DNA of 64,000 bases from an uncultured Clostridia bacterium (GCA_964447805.1 CAYUTQ010000010.1:66-64065); one strand, 5' to 3'. Positions 8,095-18,282 are shown, numbered from the stretch's first letter. Notes: generated by a model not told the origin, from the sequence alone. Made by a program: numbers and translations.

Positions 8095-10314
8095 CTAAAA
8101 AATAGTCATTATACTTCTAAGCTTAGTATCTAAACCTGAATACCTTTTAGTTATCCTATTATTATTTATCATAGTATAAAGATATTTTTCCTGCCCTACT
8201 AATACCACCAATTCCTTTGCCCTAGTTATAGCAGTATATAAAAGATTTCTAGTTAAAAGCATAGGAGGCCCCCAAGATATAGGCATTATTATTACTGGAA
8301 ATTCACTTCCTTGACTTTTATGAACAGTAGTAGCATAAGCTAGTTTTAACTCATCTATTTGAGTAAAATCGTATTCTACTTCTTTTTCATCATCAAAAAG
8401 AATATTCAAAGTATTATCATCTTCATCTATATTAGTAATAAAACCAAAATCACCATTATATACTCCTTCTCCTTTTTCAACTACCCTTCCTTCTCTTACA
8501 ATATTCCATTTGGTACTATAATTGTTTTTCATTTGCATTACCTTATCTCCTACTCGAAATATCTCATCTCCTACCCTCTTTTCCGATTTTTCTTTTCCTT
8601 TAGGATTTAATACATCTTGTAAATTTTTATTTAATGAATTAGTTCCTACATCACCCTTTTTCATAGGAGTTAATACCTGAATATCTCTAAAAGCATCATA
8701 ATCTTTATAATTAGGAAGTCTACTCTTACATAATTCCAATATAGTATTTAATATCTCTTTAGGCGTATTATTTCGTATAAAATAAAAATCTTTATCTTTC
8801 ACATTTAAATAAGGTGATTCACCTTTATTTATTCTATGAGCATTAACTACTATCATGCTTTCCTCTGCTTGTCTAAATATTTCATTTAATTTTACTACCT
8901 TTACTATTCCGCTATCTATTATGTCATTTAAAACATTTCCTGCTCCTACAGAAGGAAGTTGATCTACATCTCCTACCAATATAAGTCTAGTCCCAGGAAC
9001 TATGGCTTTTAATAAATGATTCATAAGAACAATATCTATCATAGAAGCTTCATCTATTATAACTAAATCTGCATCTAAAGGACTATCTTCATCTCTACCA
9101 AAGGCCATTTCTCCTTCTTCTTCTATATATGAATATTCCAAAAGTCTATGAATAGTTTTAGCCTCTCTATTAGCAGCTTGACTAAGTCTCTTTGCAGCTC
9201 TACCAGTTGGTGCTCCTAATACTACCTTTAAATCTTTTTGTTCAAACAATTTAATTATAGCATTTAATGTTGTAGTTTTTCCTGTTCCTGGTCCACCTGT
9301 AATTACTAATAATCCTTCTTTCACCGCCTCTTCTATAGATTCTCTTTGCTTCTTTGCAAACTGAATTTCCTCTTCTTCTTCTATTTTCTTCAACTCTTTT
9401 TCTATATCTATATCAATACTATCTATTTTCACCCTAGATAATTCTATTATTTTTCTTCCTACATTATTTTCTGCTTTATGAAATGGCATATAGTAAACTC
9501 GAATTTCTTCATCAATAGTTTCAATATATATATCACCTTTTACAGCCAAATCTCTAATAGAACTTTCTATTATACTTTCCTCTATTCCTAACATTTGAGA
9601 TGTTTCTAAAAGAAGTTCTTTCATAGGAACAAAACTATGTCCATAGCCTGCATATTTCAATATTTGATATTTAATTCCAGCCTTTATTCTATGAGGAGAA
9701 TTTGAAGCTATTCCCATACTATGGGCAATTTTATCTGCAGTTTTAAATCCTATTCCATATATATCCTCTGATAATCTATAAGGATTTTCTGTTATAATGT
9801 TTTTTGTTTCAGTACCATATTTTTTGTATATTCGCAAACCATAGGAAGTACTAATTCCATATTGCTGAAGAAATACCATTACATCTCTTATCTCTCTTTG
9901 TTCTTCAAAAGCATCTACTATCTTTACAAGTTTTTTATCTCCTATTCCTTCTACTTCTTTTAACTTTTCTGGATTATATTGAATTACATCTAAAGAATCC
10001 ATACCAAACATTTTAACTATTCTTTTTGCAGTTTTAGGCCCTATGTAAGGAATTAATCCTGAAGAAAGATACTTCTCAATACCATTAAGAGTAGCAGGAA
10101 CTGTAGGAGTTACATTTTCTACTTCCACTTGTTCTCCATAATTTGAATGATAAGTCCAGTCTCCTTTTACCTCTACTGTCTCTCCCACATTTAAAACAGG
10201 CATTACCCCAACAATAGTTACATTACCATCAGTAGTATCAAGTATTGCTACAGTAAAGCCATTCAATTCATTTCTAAATTTTATTTCTTCCACAATTCCT
10301 TCTATGGTTAGCAA
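8095..10314 (-). CDS. recD2: ATP-dependent RecD2-type SF1B DNA helicase
   Basis: Walker A GGPGTGKTT, motifs VIIDEASM, VGDVDQLPSVG and a C-terminal ATTVHKSQGSEF. Start is uncertain: TTG at 10314 has SD GGAGGT 7 nt upstream, and the ORF is open to 10338. Confidence 0.9.
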   Translation of the reverse strand: MLTIEGIVEEIKFRNELNGFTVAILDTTDGNVTIVGVMPVLNVGETVEVKGDWTYHSNYGEQVEVENVTPTVPATLNGIEKYLSSGLIPYIGPKTAKRIVKMFGMDSLDVIQYNPEKLKEVEGIGDKKLVKIVDAFEEQREIRDVMVFLQQYGISTSYGLRIYKKYGTETKNIITENPYRLSEDIYGIGFKTADKIAHSMGIASNSPHRIKAGIKYQILKYAGYGHSFVPMKELLLETSQMLGIEESIIESSIRDLAVKGDIYIETIDEEIRVYYMPFHKAENNVGRKIIELSRVKIDSIDIDIEKELKKIEEEEEIQFAKKQRESIEEAVKEGLLVITGGPGTGKTTTLNAIIKLFEQKDLKVVLGAPTGRAAKRLSQAANREAKTIHRLLEYSYIEEEGEMAFGRDEDSPLDADLVIIDEASMIDIVLMNHLLKAIVPGTRLILVGDVDQLPSVGAGNVLNDIIDSGIVKVVKLNEIFRQAEESMIVVNAHRINKGESPYLNVKDKDFYFIRNNTPKEILNTILELCKSRLPNYKDYDAFRDIQVLTPMKKGDVGTNSLNKNLQDVLNPKGKEKSEKRVGDEIFRVGDKVMQMKNNYSTKWNIVREGRVVEKGEGVYNGDFGFITNIDEDDNTLNILFDDEKEVEYDFTQIDELKLAYATTVHKSQGSEFPVIIMPISWGPPMLLTRNLLYTAITRAKELVVLVGQEKYLYTMINNNRITKRYSGLDTKLRSIMTIF

Positions 10315-10418
10315 AACATATACCTCCATTATCAACACTTTACAAATATTATACCATAACGTAAAAATTTAAAAATAAAAACAGAGAATATCATGATATT
10401 CTCTGTTAAAATCTTTTA

Positions 10419-11606
10419 TTATTTTCCCAAACCTTCTTTTCTTAATATATCAGCTTTATCAGTTTTTTCCCAAGGGAGATCTAAATCACATCTTCCAAAA
10501 TGTCCATAACTTGCTACTTGTTTATATATAGGTCTTTTTAAATCTAATTTCTCAATAATAGCTGCTGGTCTTAAATCAAAATATTTCATAACTAATTCTT
10601 CTATTTTGTTATCACTTATTTTTCCTGTACCAAAGGTTTCTACATATATAGACAATGGTTTAGCTACTCCTATAGCATAGGCTAATCCAACTTCACATTT
10701 ATCTGCAAGCCCTGCTGCTACTATATTTTTAGCTACATATCTTGCAGCATAAGAAGCAGATCTATCTACTTTTGTTGGATCCTTTCCTGAAAATGCTCCA
10801 CCACCATGTCTCCCATAGCCACCATAAGTATCTACTATTATCTTTCTACCCGTAAGACCTGCATCTCCCATAGGTCCACCTACTACAAATCTACCTGTTG
10901 GATTTACATAATATTTAGTTTCTTCGTCTAATAACTCTTTAGGAACTATTGGCGTTATGACATATTCAATAATATCTTTTCTAATTTGTTCTAAATCAAC
11001 TTTAGGACTATGTTGAGTAGAAACTACAATATTTTCTATTCTAATAGGTTTGTCATTTTCATACTCAACAGTTACTTGAGTTTTCCCATCTGGCCTTAAA
11101 TAAGTAAAAGTACCATCTTTCCTTACATCTGCCAATCTTTTAGATAATTTATGTGCTAAAGATATAGGCAAAGGCATAAGCTCTTTAGTTTCATTACATG
11201 CATAACCAAACATTATACCTTGATCTCCAGCTCCTATTTTATCTAAGTCATCATCACTGCTCCCTTTGTGTTCCAAAGCAGCATCTACTCCTAAAGCAAT
11301 ATCTGGAGATTGTTCATTAATTGATGTAATTACACCACATGTATCTCCATCAAATCCATATTTAGCTCTTGTATACCCTATTTCCTTTATAGTTTCTCTC
11401 ACAATTTTAGGTATATCTACATAACATTTTGTAGTTATTTCACCAGAAACTAGTACTAAACCAGTAGTTACACTAGTTTCACAAGCAACCCTAGCATCTG
11501 GATCCTTTTCTAAAATTGTATCCAATATGGCATCAGATATCTGATCACATACTTTATCTGGATGACCTTCTGTTACTGATTCTGAAGTAAATAACCATTT
11601 TTTCAT
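10419..11606 (-). CDS. metK: S-adenosylmethionine synthetase
   Basis: 395 aa. Motifs [25 protein letters not shown] and [16 protein letters not shown]. Confidence 0.97.
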   Translation of the reverse strand: MKKWLFTSESVTEGHPDKVCDQISDAILDTILEKDPDARVACETSVTTGLVLVSGEITTKCYVDIPKIVRETIKEIGYTRAKYGFDGDTCGVITSINEQSPDIALGVDAALEHKGSSDDDLDKIGAGDQGIMFGYACNETKELMPLPISLAHKLSKRLADVRKDGTFTYLRPDGKTQVTVEYENDKPIRIENIVVSTQHSPKVDLEQIRKDIIEYVITPIVPKELLDEETKYYVNPTGRFVVGGPMGDAGLTGRKIIVDTYGGYGRHGGGAFSGKDPTKVDRSASYAARYVAKNIVAAGLADKCEVGLAYAIGVAKPLSIYVETFGTGKISDNKIEELVMKYFDLRPAAIIEKLDLKRPIYKQVASYGHFGRCDLDLPWEKTDKADILRKEGLGK

Positions 11607-11650
11607 AAAAATGCCCCCTCAATTCATCTGTAGTTAAAATATAATCAAAT

Positions 11651-11800
11651 AAAAAAACCTCTCCCAAAAGGAAAAGGTTGCTAAAACGCACCTCATCTTT
11701 CAGAATACTTGCATTCTGTGGGATTTAGCACCATTGTATATACAGGTTGCCGGGTTTCATAGGGCCCATTCCCTCCACCGCTCTTGATAAGGTATCAAGA
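11651..11800 (-). promoter_or_regulatory. SAM-I (S-box) riboswitch with terminator in the metK leader
   Basis: Minus strand reads CTTATCAAGAGCGGTGGAGGGAATGGGCCCTATGAAACCCGGCAACC...GGTGCTAAATCC...AGATGAG. A hairpin AACCUUUUCC/GGGAGAGGUU plus a U7 run follows (11651-11680). Confidence 0.9.
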
Positions 11801-11819
11801 TTTTTATTCAATTAAAATA

Positions 11820-11848
11820 ATTGTAGCACAACTAATCTTGTGAGTCAA
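11820..11848 (-). promoter_or_regulatory. Sigma-A type promoter for the S-box/metK unit
   Basis: Minus strand TTGACT-17 nt-TACAAT, about 10-20 nt upstream of the riboswitch P1. Confidence 0.6.
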
Positions 11849-11855
11849 GATAGTT

Positions 11856-12338
11856 CTAATTCAAGATAAATAAAGATGCTATATTATAACTTAATATAAA
11901 AACTATTATTCCTGCTACTACAACACCAGATGCAATGGCTATAAATCCTTCTTTTAAATCCATCTTAAACAAAATTGCAGCGAGACAGCCTGTCCAAACT
12001 CCTGTTGTTGGTAATGGTATAGCTACTAATATAAATAGACCTAATGTACTATATTTTCTTATTTTATTACGACTTTTCTTCAATGTTCTTCTTTTTAACC
12101 AATTAATACTCTTAGAAAAAATAGTAGTTTTTTCTAAATAATTTACCAATGGTTCTAAAATTTTTAGTAAAAATGGAACTGGTAATATATTACCTATAAT
12201 ACTAAGTATTGTGCTGTATAATGGACTAAGTCCCAAGGATATTCCTAAAGGTATAGCTCCCCTAAGTTCTGAAAGAGGCATAGCAGCTACCCCCAAAACC
12301 AATAATTCCTTTTTAATATTCCCCAATAATTCTTCCAT
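11856..12338 (-). CDS. Small multidrug-export-like membrane protein (COG2426 family)
   Basis: 160 aa with 4 predicted TM segments. The N-terminal LSELRGAIPLGI motif is typical of this family. Confidence 0.6.
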   Translation of the reverse strand: MEELLGNIKKELLVLGVAAMPLSELRGAIPLGISLGLSPLYSTILSIIGNILPVPFLLKILEPLVNYLEKTTIFSKSINWLKRRTLKKSRNKIRKYSTLGLFILVAIPLPTTGVWTGCLAAILFKMDLKEGFIAIASGVVVAGIIVFILSYNIASLFILN

Positions 12339-12563
12339 CTTTAAATCTCCTTTATTTACCTATAATAGCTTAATATTATATAATTATAATATTAAATAAC
12401 ATATTATTACAATTATATACTAAAAACATCTTTCTTTCAAAATATCGGTAATGTTGATTGAGTAAAATAGATCTATCTTTAAATATATTGAGAAATAGCG
12501 AGTATTTCTATGATTATACTAGTTTAATTTAATATAAGCCCGTTTTTGCTCCTATTTGTAATG

Positions 12564-12592
12564 TTGCATTATAAACAAATATCCCTTATACT
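12564..12592 (+). promoter_or_regulatory. Candidate sigma-A promoter for tRNA-Pro
   Basis: TTGCAT-17 nt-TATACT, ending about 20 nt before the tRNA 5' end. AT-rich context, so weak evidence. Confidence 0.35.
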
Positions 12593-12612
12593 ATAATAGT
12601 CGTTAGAAATTA

Positions 12613-12689
12613 CGGGGTGTGGCGCAGTTTGGTAGCGCACGTGGTTTGGGACCATGGGGCCGGGGGTTCAAATCCCTCCACCCCGACCA
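12613..12689 (+). tRNA. tRNA-Pro (anticodon UGG), CCA encoded
   Basis: Cloverleaf read by hand. Acceptor CGGGGTG/CACCCCG, anticodon stem CGTGG/CCATG with loop TTTGGGA, T-arm GGGGGTTCAAATCCCTC, 3' CCA. Confidence 0.95.
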
Positions 12690-12700
12690 TAGACTATGAA

Positions 12701-12736
12701 AAAGAAGGATTGAAAAATTCAATCCTTCTTTTTTAT
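12701..12736 (+). terminator. Intrinsic terminator after tRNA-Pro
   Basis: 14-nt perfect arms AAAGAAGGATTGAA/TTCAATCCTTCTTT followed by a T-run. Confidence 0.8.
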
Positions 12737-12776
12737 TATAATATACTACAATATCCACTTTAGAAAGGTAGATTCT

Positions 12777-13475
12777 ATGAAAAAAATTCTTGGAACTATG
12801 CGAAAAGCCATTGAAGATTTTCAACTTATTGAAGAAGGGGACAAAATAGGTGTAGGAGTATCTGGTGGAAAAGATAGTATGCTTCTTTTAAAGGCTTTAA
12901 AGACTTATCAACAGTTTAGTCCTATAAATTTTCAATTAGAAGCTTTTACTATAAATTTAGGTTTTGAAAATTTCGATACCAAGACTATTAAAGATTACTG
13001 TGATAATTTAGGAATAATATTTAACCTTAAAAACACCAATATTAAAGATATAGTATTCCATGTTAGAGAAGAAAAAAACCCTTGTTCCTTATGTTCAAAC
13101 ATGAGAAAAGGAGCTTTAAACAATTTTTTAAAGGAAAAAGGATTTAATAAGCTTGCATTAGGCCATCATAGTGATGATGCTATAGAAACCTTCTTTCTAA
13201 ATATGTTCTATGGAGGAAAATTAAAGACTTTCTCTGCAAAAACATTCCTAACTAGAAAAGAAATATATATAATACGTCCATTTATATATTTATCTGAAAA
13301 AGAAATTATTAATACTATAAATAATAAAAATATTCCTACAATCAAAAATCCCTGTTACGTAGATAAAAAAACTAAAAGAGAAGAAATTCACATATTACTT
13401 GATCATATATATAAAGAAATACCCCATTCAAGAAATAGAATTTTTACAGCTCTAAAAAACGAAAAAAAATTATAA
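12777..13475 (+). CDS. ttcA: TtcA-family PP-loop ATPase (tRNA 2-thiocytidine synthetase-like)
   Basis: 232 aa. PP-loop GVSGGKDS and the TtcA-type NPCSLCSNMRKG Cys motif. Confidence 0.8.
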   Translation: MKKILGTMRKAIEDFQLIEEGDKIGVGVSGGKDSMLLLKALKTYQQFSPINFQLEAFTINLGFENFDTKTIKDYCDNLGIIFNLKNTNIKDIVFHVREEKNPCSLCSNMRKGALNNFLKEKGFNKLALGHHSDDAIETFFLNMFYGGKLKTFSAKTFLTRKEIYIIRPFIYLSEKEIINTINNKNIPTIKNPCYVDKKTKREEIHILLDHIYKEIPHSRNRIFTALKNEKKL

Positions 13476-13639
13476 AAAGATAAATATTTTCTCTATCTTT
13501 TTATAATTTAATAATAATGACTACAGTTAATATGGTTAGACATAAAACTAAAATAGTATATAATGTTCTCAATTTCAATTTAAACACTCTCCTTTAGTAT
13601 ATAATATTATTGTCAACTAAAGGATTTTTATACACATAA

Positions 13640-13969
13640 TTACAAACTCACATATCCATTTTTAAATTGTTCATACATCATTTTTGCAATACCTAAACCT
13701 TCATCTCTCTCAACTGCTTCTTTAGACAATTCTTCCATATACATATCTTCAAATATTTCTCTCCCAGTACTTCTTTCTATTAAACCATTATCAGGTATAG
13801 TTTTTTTAGCTTCTTTCATTACCATATATATAAAAATAGATTCAAATTCCTTACATACATCCATTAATTTTTTATCTTCCCCTTGTTCCTTAGCTGATTC
13901 CATTTTTTCTTTCAACACTTTTTCATTTTGAACTTGTTTCATAACATTATAATTTGGTAATATTTTCAT
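13640..13969 (-). CDS. Rod-binding protein (FlgJ N-terminal-domain-like)
   Basis: 109 aa. Core EFESIFIYMVMKEAKKT...GLGIAKMMYEQF resembles the Rod_binding family. Last gene of the flgF-flgG unit. Confidence 0.75.
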   Translation of the reverse strand: MKILPNYNVMKQVQNEKVLKEKMESAKEQGEDKKLMDVCKEFESIFIYMVMKEAKKTIPDNGLIERSTGREIFEDMYMEELSKEAVERDEGLGIAKMMYEQFKNGYVSL

Positions 13970-13982
13970 CTAAAACACCTCA

Positions 13983-14777
13983 TTACCTTTTAAGATTATT
14001 AGCCATTTGAAGCATTTCATCAGAAGTTTGAATAGTTTTTGAATTTACTTCATAAGCCCTTTGAGCAGTAATCATATTCACCATTTCATCTACTACTTCA
14101 ACATTAGAAGCTTCTAAATAATATTGAAGTATTTTACCATCCATTGCATTTGCATTAATAGGTATTTCTCTTCCTGATGCATCTGTCACACTATATAAAT
14201 TAGAACCTTCACTCAAAAGCCCTTCTGGATTCATAAAATCTACAAGCCTCAACCTACCTGCTCTTTGATTTGTACCATTTTGGTATTCTACAGTAATATA
14301 TCCTTGATTATCAATATCTATATCTTTTACATTCCTATTAAAAAATATTGAATTACCATTTTCATTTAAAACTCTATATCCATCTGAAGTAACTAATCTA
14401 CTCCTATTTCCTTCTACACTTAACTTAAAACTACCATCTCTAGTATATCTGTATTCGCCATTAGGTAATTGTACTACAAAAAAACCATCTCCACTTATAG
14501 CTACATCTAGTGGATTTTGTGTTTCCATTAAGCTACCATTTTTAAAATTCTTTACTGTAGCTGTTGGCATAACACCATGTCCTACTTCTAAATTAACAGG
14601 TCTACCATCATTATCCACTCTATTACCTCTATTCATAGCTACATAAAGTAAATCCTTAAATTCAGCTCTTTGTTTTTTGTAAGATGTAGTATTCACATTA
14701 GAAAGATTATTCGCTATAGTGTCTATATTAAATTGTTGTGCCTTCATTCCTGTTGCTGCAGTCCAAAGAGAACGCAT
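13983..14777 (-). CDS. flgG: Flagellar basal-body rod protein FlgG (FlhP-like)
   Basis: 264 aa. N-terminus MRSLWTAATGMKAQQFNIDTIANNLSNVNTTSYK and C-terminus TAQRAYEVNSKTIQTSDEMLQMANNLKR. Confidence 0.9.
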   Translation of the reverse strand: MRSLWTAATGMKAQQFNIDTIANNLSNVNTTSYKKQRAEFKDLLYVAMNRGNRVDNDGRPVNLEVGHGVMPTATVKNFKNGSLMETQNPLDVAISGDGFFVVQLPNGEYRYTRDGSFKLSVEGNRSRLVTSDGYRVLNENGNSIFFNRNVKDIDIDNQGYITVEYQNGTNQRAGRLRLVDFMNPEGLLSEGSNLYSVTDASGREIPINANAMDGKILQYYLEASNVEVVDEMVNMITAQRAYEVNSKTIQTSDEMLQMANNLKR

Positions 14778-14794
14778 TGTATGTACCCCTCCTC

Positions 14795-15847
14795 CTATAC
14801 TCTTCCTATTTCATTTGAAGATTTTTCAAGCATTTCATCTTGAATTCTTATAGCCTTTTGACCTGCTTCAAAATTCCTCAAAAGAGTAATCATTTCTACC
14901 ATTTCTTTTATTGAATCCACATTAGAATCTTCTAAATAACCCTGCAATACTTCTCCCTCAAAAGGTATTTCTTCTGCTACTTCATCATCTAGCATCCCAT
15001 AATAATTATCTCCTATTTTTCTTAAAAATTCTTTGTTATCAATATTTACAATATCTAAAGTTCCAGCATTGACACCATCTACCATTATTTGTCCATCTCG
15101 TGTAATAGTCACATCTTCTCCATTAATAATAATTGCTCCTCCAAGTCCCAATACTTGACGACCATCCATAGTAACCAATTCTCCATTGGCATTTACAGTA
15201 AAAGAACCATCTCTTGTATAATAAATATCACCATCATCACCTTGCACTTTAAAAAAGCCAGAACCATTTAGAGCCAGATCAAAAACTCCACCTGTCTCTA
15301 CTAATGGACCTTGAGTAAAATCTGTAACTACTTTTTGAAACTTTACCCCAGCATTCATAGTGCCTATAATTCTGGGGTCAGGATAATATACTAATCCTTG
15401 AATAAAATTTTCTAAATCTCCACCTGGAGCCGTAATTAAATTACCTCTTCTATCTACTATATAATTTTCTGCATCCGTATTGTACTCATTTCTTTCATCT
15501 TTATAATGAGTTCTTAAATATCCATTCTCATCAACAATAAATTTAACATCTTTTACATAACTAAGTCCCATAGGTGTTCTAACTACAAAATAACCACTAG
15601 GTGTATAAGCAGAATGAATTTCTCCATCAGTTTCATATACTATATTAGTATCTCTACCTCTTACTAAAGCATCCCTATCTAAAGGAGCACCTATTTTAGT
15701 CATTAACACCTCTGGAAATGTTTCTGTAAGACCAAAATCTTTTTTAAAACCTTTTGTATTTACATTGGAAAGATTATTTGCTAATACCTCAAGTTTTTTC
15801 TGATTTGCAATTAAATTAGTTCCACTAATGTATAAACCACGATTCAT
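14795..15847 (-). CDS. flgF: Flagellar basal-body rod protein FlgF/FlhO-like (long form)
   Basis: 350 aa. Rod N-terminal motif ANNLSNVNTKGFKK and C-terminal EMITLLRNFEAGQKAI. The central region is longer than in the roughly 260-aa homologues. Confidence 0.8.
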   Translation of the reverse strand: MNRGLYISGTNLIANQKKLEVLANNLSNVNTKGFKKDFGLTETFPEVLMTKIGAPLDRDALVRGRDTNIVYETDGEIHSAYTPSGYFVVRTPMGLSYVKDVKFIVDENGYLRTHYKDERNEYNTDAENYIVDRRGNLITAPGGDLENFIQGLVYYPDPRIIGTMNAGVKFQKVVTDFTQGPLVETGGVFDLALNGSGFFKVQGDDGDIYYTRDGSFTVNANGELVTMDGRQVLGLGGAIIINGEDVTITRDGQIMVDGVNAGTLDIVNIDNKEFLRKIGDNYYGMLDDEVAEEIPFEGEVLQGYLEDSNVDSIKEMVEMITLLRNFEAGQKAIRIQDEMLEKSSNEIGRV

Positions 15848-15888
15848 TTATATCACTTCCCTAAATGTCATCTTCATTCTAATTGTTA

Positions 15889-15915
15889 ATATCGACAATT
15901 TTCTACTCAACTTTA
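15889..15915 (-). promoter_or_regulatory. Sigma-D (sigma-28) type promoter upstream of flgF-flgG
   Basis: Minus strand TAAA-N15-GTCGATAT (consensus TAAA-N15-GCCGATAT) in the mreB-flgF gap. B. subtilis flhO-flhP are sigma-D dependent. Confidence 0.65.
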
Positions 15916-15928
15916 ATTTGGTTTATAG

Positions 15929-16960
15929 TCAACTAGTCCTAATTGTATCTGCGTCTACAAAATTACTATCAGTGTTTAATAAATCTACCCAATCTAAAGC
16001 TCTTCCTGTTCCAGCGGCAACACAAGATATAGGATTATCAGCTAATCGTGAAAAAATTCCTGTTTTTTCCGTAATTAACCTATCCAATCCATGCAATAAT
16101 GCTCCTCCTCCAGTCAACACTATTCCTCTATCTGCTATATCTGCTGCTAATTCTGGTGGTGTCCTCTCCAAAACATAATAAATTGCATCTATTATAGATA
16201 TAACAGGTTCCTCTAAAGCATTTAACATTTCTGAAGAAGATACCTGAATATTTTTTGGTAGTCCAGTAACTAAATTTCTACCCCTAACTTCCATAATTAC
16301 ATCTCTTTGTCTCTTATAAGCAGTACCAATCTCAATTTTTAACTCCTCAGAACTTCTTTCTCCTATCATCACATTGTATTTCCTTCTTATATATCTAGTA
16401 ATAGCTTCATCAAAATCATCGCCAGCTACATTAATAGAACGATTAACTACCATACCTCCAAGAGATATAACCGCTACATCTGTAGTTCCTCCTCCTATAT
16501 CTACTATCATATTGCCATTAGGCTCTGATATATCAATACCTGCACCTATAGCTGCAGCTATAGGTTCTTCTATTAAATATGTCATTCTTGAGCCCACCTG
16601 ATTACTAGCTTCAATAACTGCTCTTTTCTCCACTTCTGTTACTCCACTAGGAACACATATAACTATTCTAGGTTTAAATAATTTTCTACCAATTGATTTA
16701 TATATATAATACCTAAGCATTTTTTCTGTCACACCATAATCAGAAATAACTCCATTTTTCAAAGGCCTTATTGCAACAATGCTTCCTGGAGTTCGTCCTA
16801 ACATTTTCCTTGCTTCTTCACCAACTGCTAAAAGTTTATTTGAATTTTGATCTATGGCTACTACAGACGGTTCATTCAAAACTACACCTTTCTCTTTTAC
16901 ATATACAAGTGTACTTGCAGTCCCCAAATCTATACCTAAATCTGTTCTAAAAGCAACCAT
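15929..16960 (-). CDS. mreB: Rod-shape-determining actin homologue MreB/Mbl
   Basis: 343 aa. Motifs DLGIDLGTASTLVY, VICVPSGVTEVEKRA, DIGGGTTDVAV and GIVLTGGGALL. Holds the spoIIID-mbl position. Confidence 0.95.
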   Translation of the reverse strand: MVAFRTDLGIDLGTASTLVYVKEKGVVLNEPSVVAIDQNSNKLLAVGEEARKMLGRTPGSIVAIRPLKNGVISDYGVTEKMLRYYIYKSIGRKLFKPRIVICVPSGVTEVEKRAVIEASNQVGSRMTYLIEEPIAAAIGAGIDISEPNGNMIVDIGGGTTDVAVISLGGMVVNRSINVAGDDFDEAITRYIRRKYNVMIGERSSEELKIEIGTAYKRQRDVIMEVRGRNLVTGLPKNIQVSSSEMLNALEEPVISIIDAIYYVLERTPPELAADIADRGIVLTGGGALLHGLDRLITEKTGIFSRLADNPISCVAAGTGRALDWVDLLNTDSNFVDADTIRTS

Positions 16961-17111
16961 TGCTTTTCCTCCTTTTTTATTGCTACTTCCATTTATTAAA
17001 TATTCCTACTATTAAATAGATTATCATATTTAGGTTCTATATAAAACAAAAAATTCCTTTATTTTTTTATTATTAGTAAAATATATTAACATAAAATTTC
17101 CAAAAAATTTG

Positions 17112-17137
17112 AAAAGGTCCATACTTAGGACCTTTTT
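17112..17137 (-). terminator. Intrinsic terminator after spoIIID
   Basis: Stem AAAAGGTCC/GGACCTTTT with a 7-nt loop. A U-rich tail follows on the minus strand. Confidence 0.8.
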
Positions 17138-17144
17138 ACCAGAT

Positions 17145-17399
17145 CTATTCGTTCATAGCTTTGTATTTTAATTTAGTTGCTTTTCCACCTCTAATATGTC
17201 TCTCTGCTTTATTTTTTTCTAATACTTGTTTAACCATATTGGCAATAAGAGGGTTTATCTTAGGGAGCCGTTCTGTCACATCCTTATGGACTGTGCTCTT
17301 GCTAACTCCAAATACACTAGCTGCTTGTCTCACGGTAGCCTCTTCACTAATTATGTACTTTGCAATCTCTAATGCTCTTTCCTCTATATAATCTTTCAC
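17145..17399 (-). CDS. spoIIID: Sporulation transcriptional regulator SpoIIID
   Basis: 84 aa. HTH segment ATVRQAASVFGVSKSTVHKDV and C-terminal KAERHIRGG, near-identical in pattern to SpoIIID. Confidence 0.95.
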   Translation of the reverse strand: MKDYIEERALEIAKYIISEEATVRQAASVFGVSKSTVHKDVTERLPKINPLIANMVKQVLEKNKAERHIRGGKATKLKYKAMNE

Positions 17400-17495
17400 A
17401 TATTTAACCCCCTTTGAACTAATTTTTGGGATTTTGTTCTTTATAAATACTTATGCTATATGCTACTTTAATAGAACATCTTACGATAGTTAATA

Positions 17496-18215
17496 TCATT
17501 TAATATTAGCCACATACTTTCTTGGATCTACTGAAACACCATCTTTTAACACTTCAAAATGTAGATGAGGTTCATCTAATTTTTCAATTAATGCAGTTTC
17601 CCCAACCTTGCTAATTGAATCTCCCTTGTTTACTCTTTGTCCTTCCTTTACCATGTTTTTAACCTGGAGATTCGCATATTTAGTTAATAAACCATTGCCA
17701 TGATCTAATATTATTACTATTCCCCACAATTCATCTTCATATATCTCCTTGACTAATCCAGATTCACTTGCTACAACAATTGTTCCTTTTGGAGCATAAA
17801 AATCTATCCCATCATGACTAATCCACTCTTCCAAAGTACTTGAATAAACTAAATTTTCTTTAGTAAAATCAAGCCCTATAGCACCATCTACTGGCACAAT
17901 CATTTCTCGGCTTTCTATAGATGGAGTCTTTTTTTGATTTAGGGGTTCTACTTTTTTTGGTTCCTTTTCTTTCTTTTCTATAGGTTTTTCATCTTCAATT
18001 TTTTCTTTTTCTTCAAATTTTCCAATAGTCAAAGAAGGCTCATCTTTTAAGTTGTCCTCAATTTTTTTAGACTCCATTATAATTTTTTCTTCTTTTGCTT
18101 TATTTAAATTATTCTTGGAAGTCCACACTGCAGTTATTGCTACCACACAAACACAGACAAATAATATAATATAAAATCCATCTTTTTTTATTATTTCAAA
18201 AAATTTTTTTTTCAT
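17496..18215 (-). CDS. spoIIQ: Membrane-anchored M23/LytM peptidase, SpoIIQ-like
   Basis: 239 aa. N-terminal TM segment, a Lys/Glu-rich linker and a LytM domain with HDGID (HxxxD) and HLHFE (HxH). Lies between spoIID and spoIIID as in C. difficile. Confidence 0.7.
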   Translation of the reverse strand: MKKKFFEIIKKDGFYIILFVCVCVVAITAVWTSKNNLNKAKEEKIIMESKKIEDNLKDEPSLTIGKFEEKEKIEDEKPIEKKEKEPKKVEPLNQKKTPSIESREMIVPVDGAIGLDFTKENLVYSSTLEEWISHDGIDFYAPKGTIVVASESGLVKEIYEDELWGIVIILDHGNGLLTKYANLQVKNMVKEGQRVNKGDSISKVGETALIEKLDEPHLHFEVLKDGVSVDPRKYVANIK

Positions 18216-18282
18216 GTCCCCACCTCCATTAAGTAGTATTACCAGAAATTAATATTTAATACACATTTTTTTACAGAAAATA

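Noticed and set aside
12613-12689. tRNA-Pro as an integration site of a genomic island
   Set aside because: No integrase, no repeat of the tRNA 3' end that I could spot nearby, and the flanking genes (COG2426 membrane protein, ttcA) are ordinary chromosomal genes.
12603-12824. 73-aa minus-strand ORF ending ...WRDLNPRPHGPKPRALPNCATPRNF
   Set aside because: Its C-terminal half is simply the antisense translation of the tRNA-Pro gene and its terminator. It has no SD and overlaps the ttcA start.
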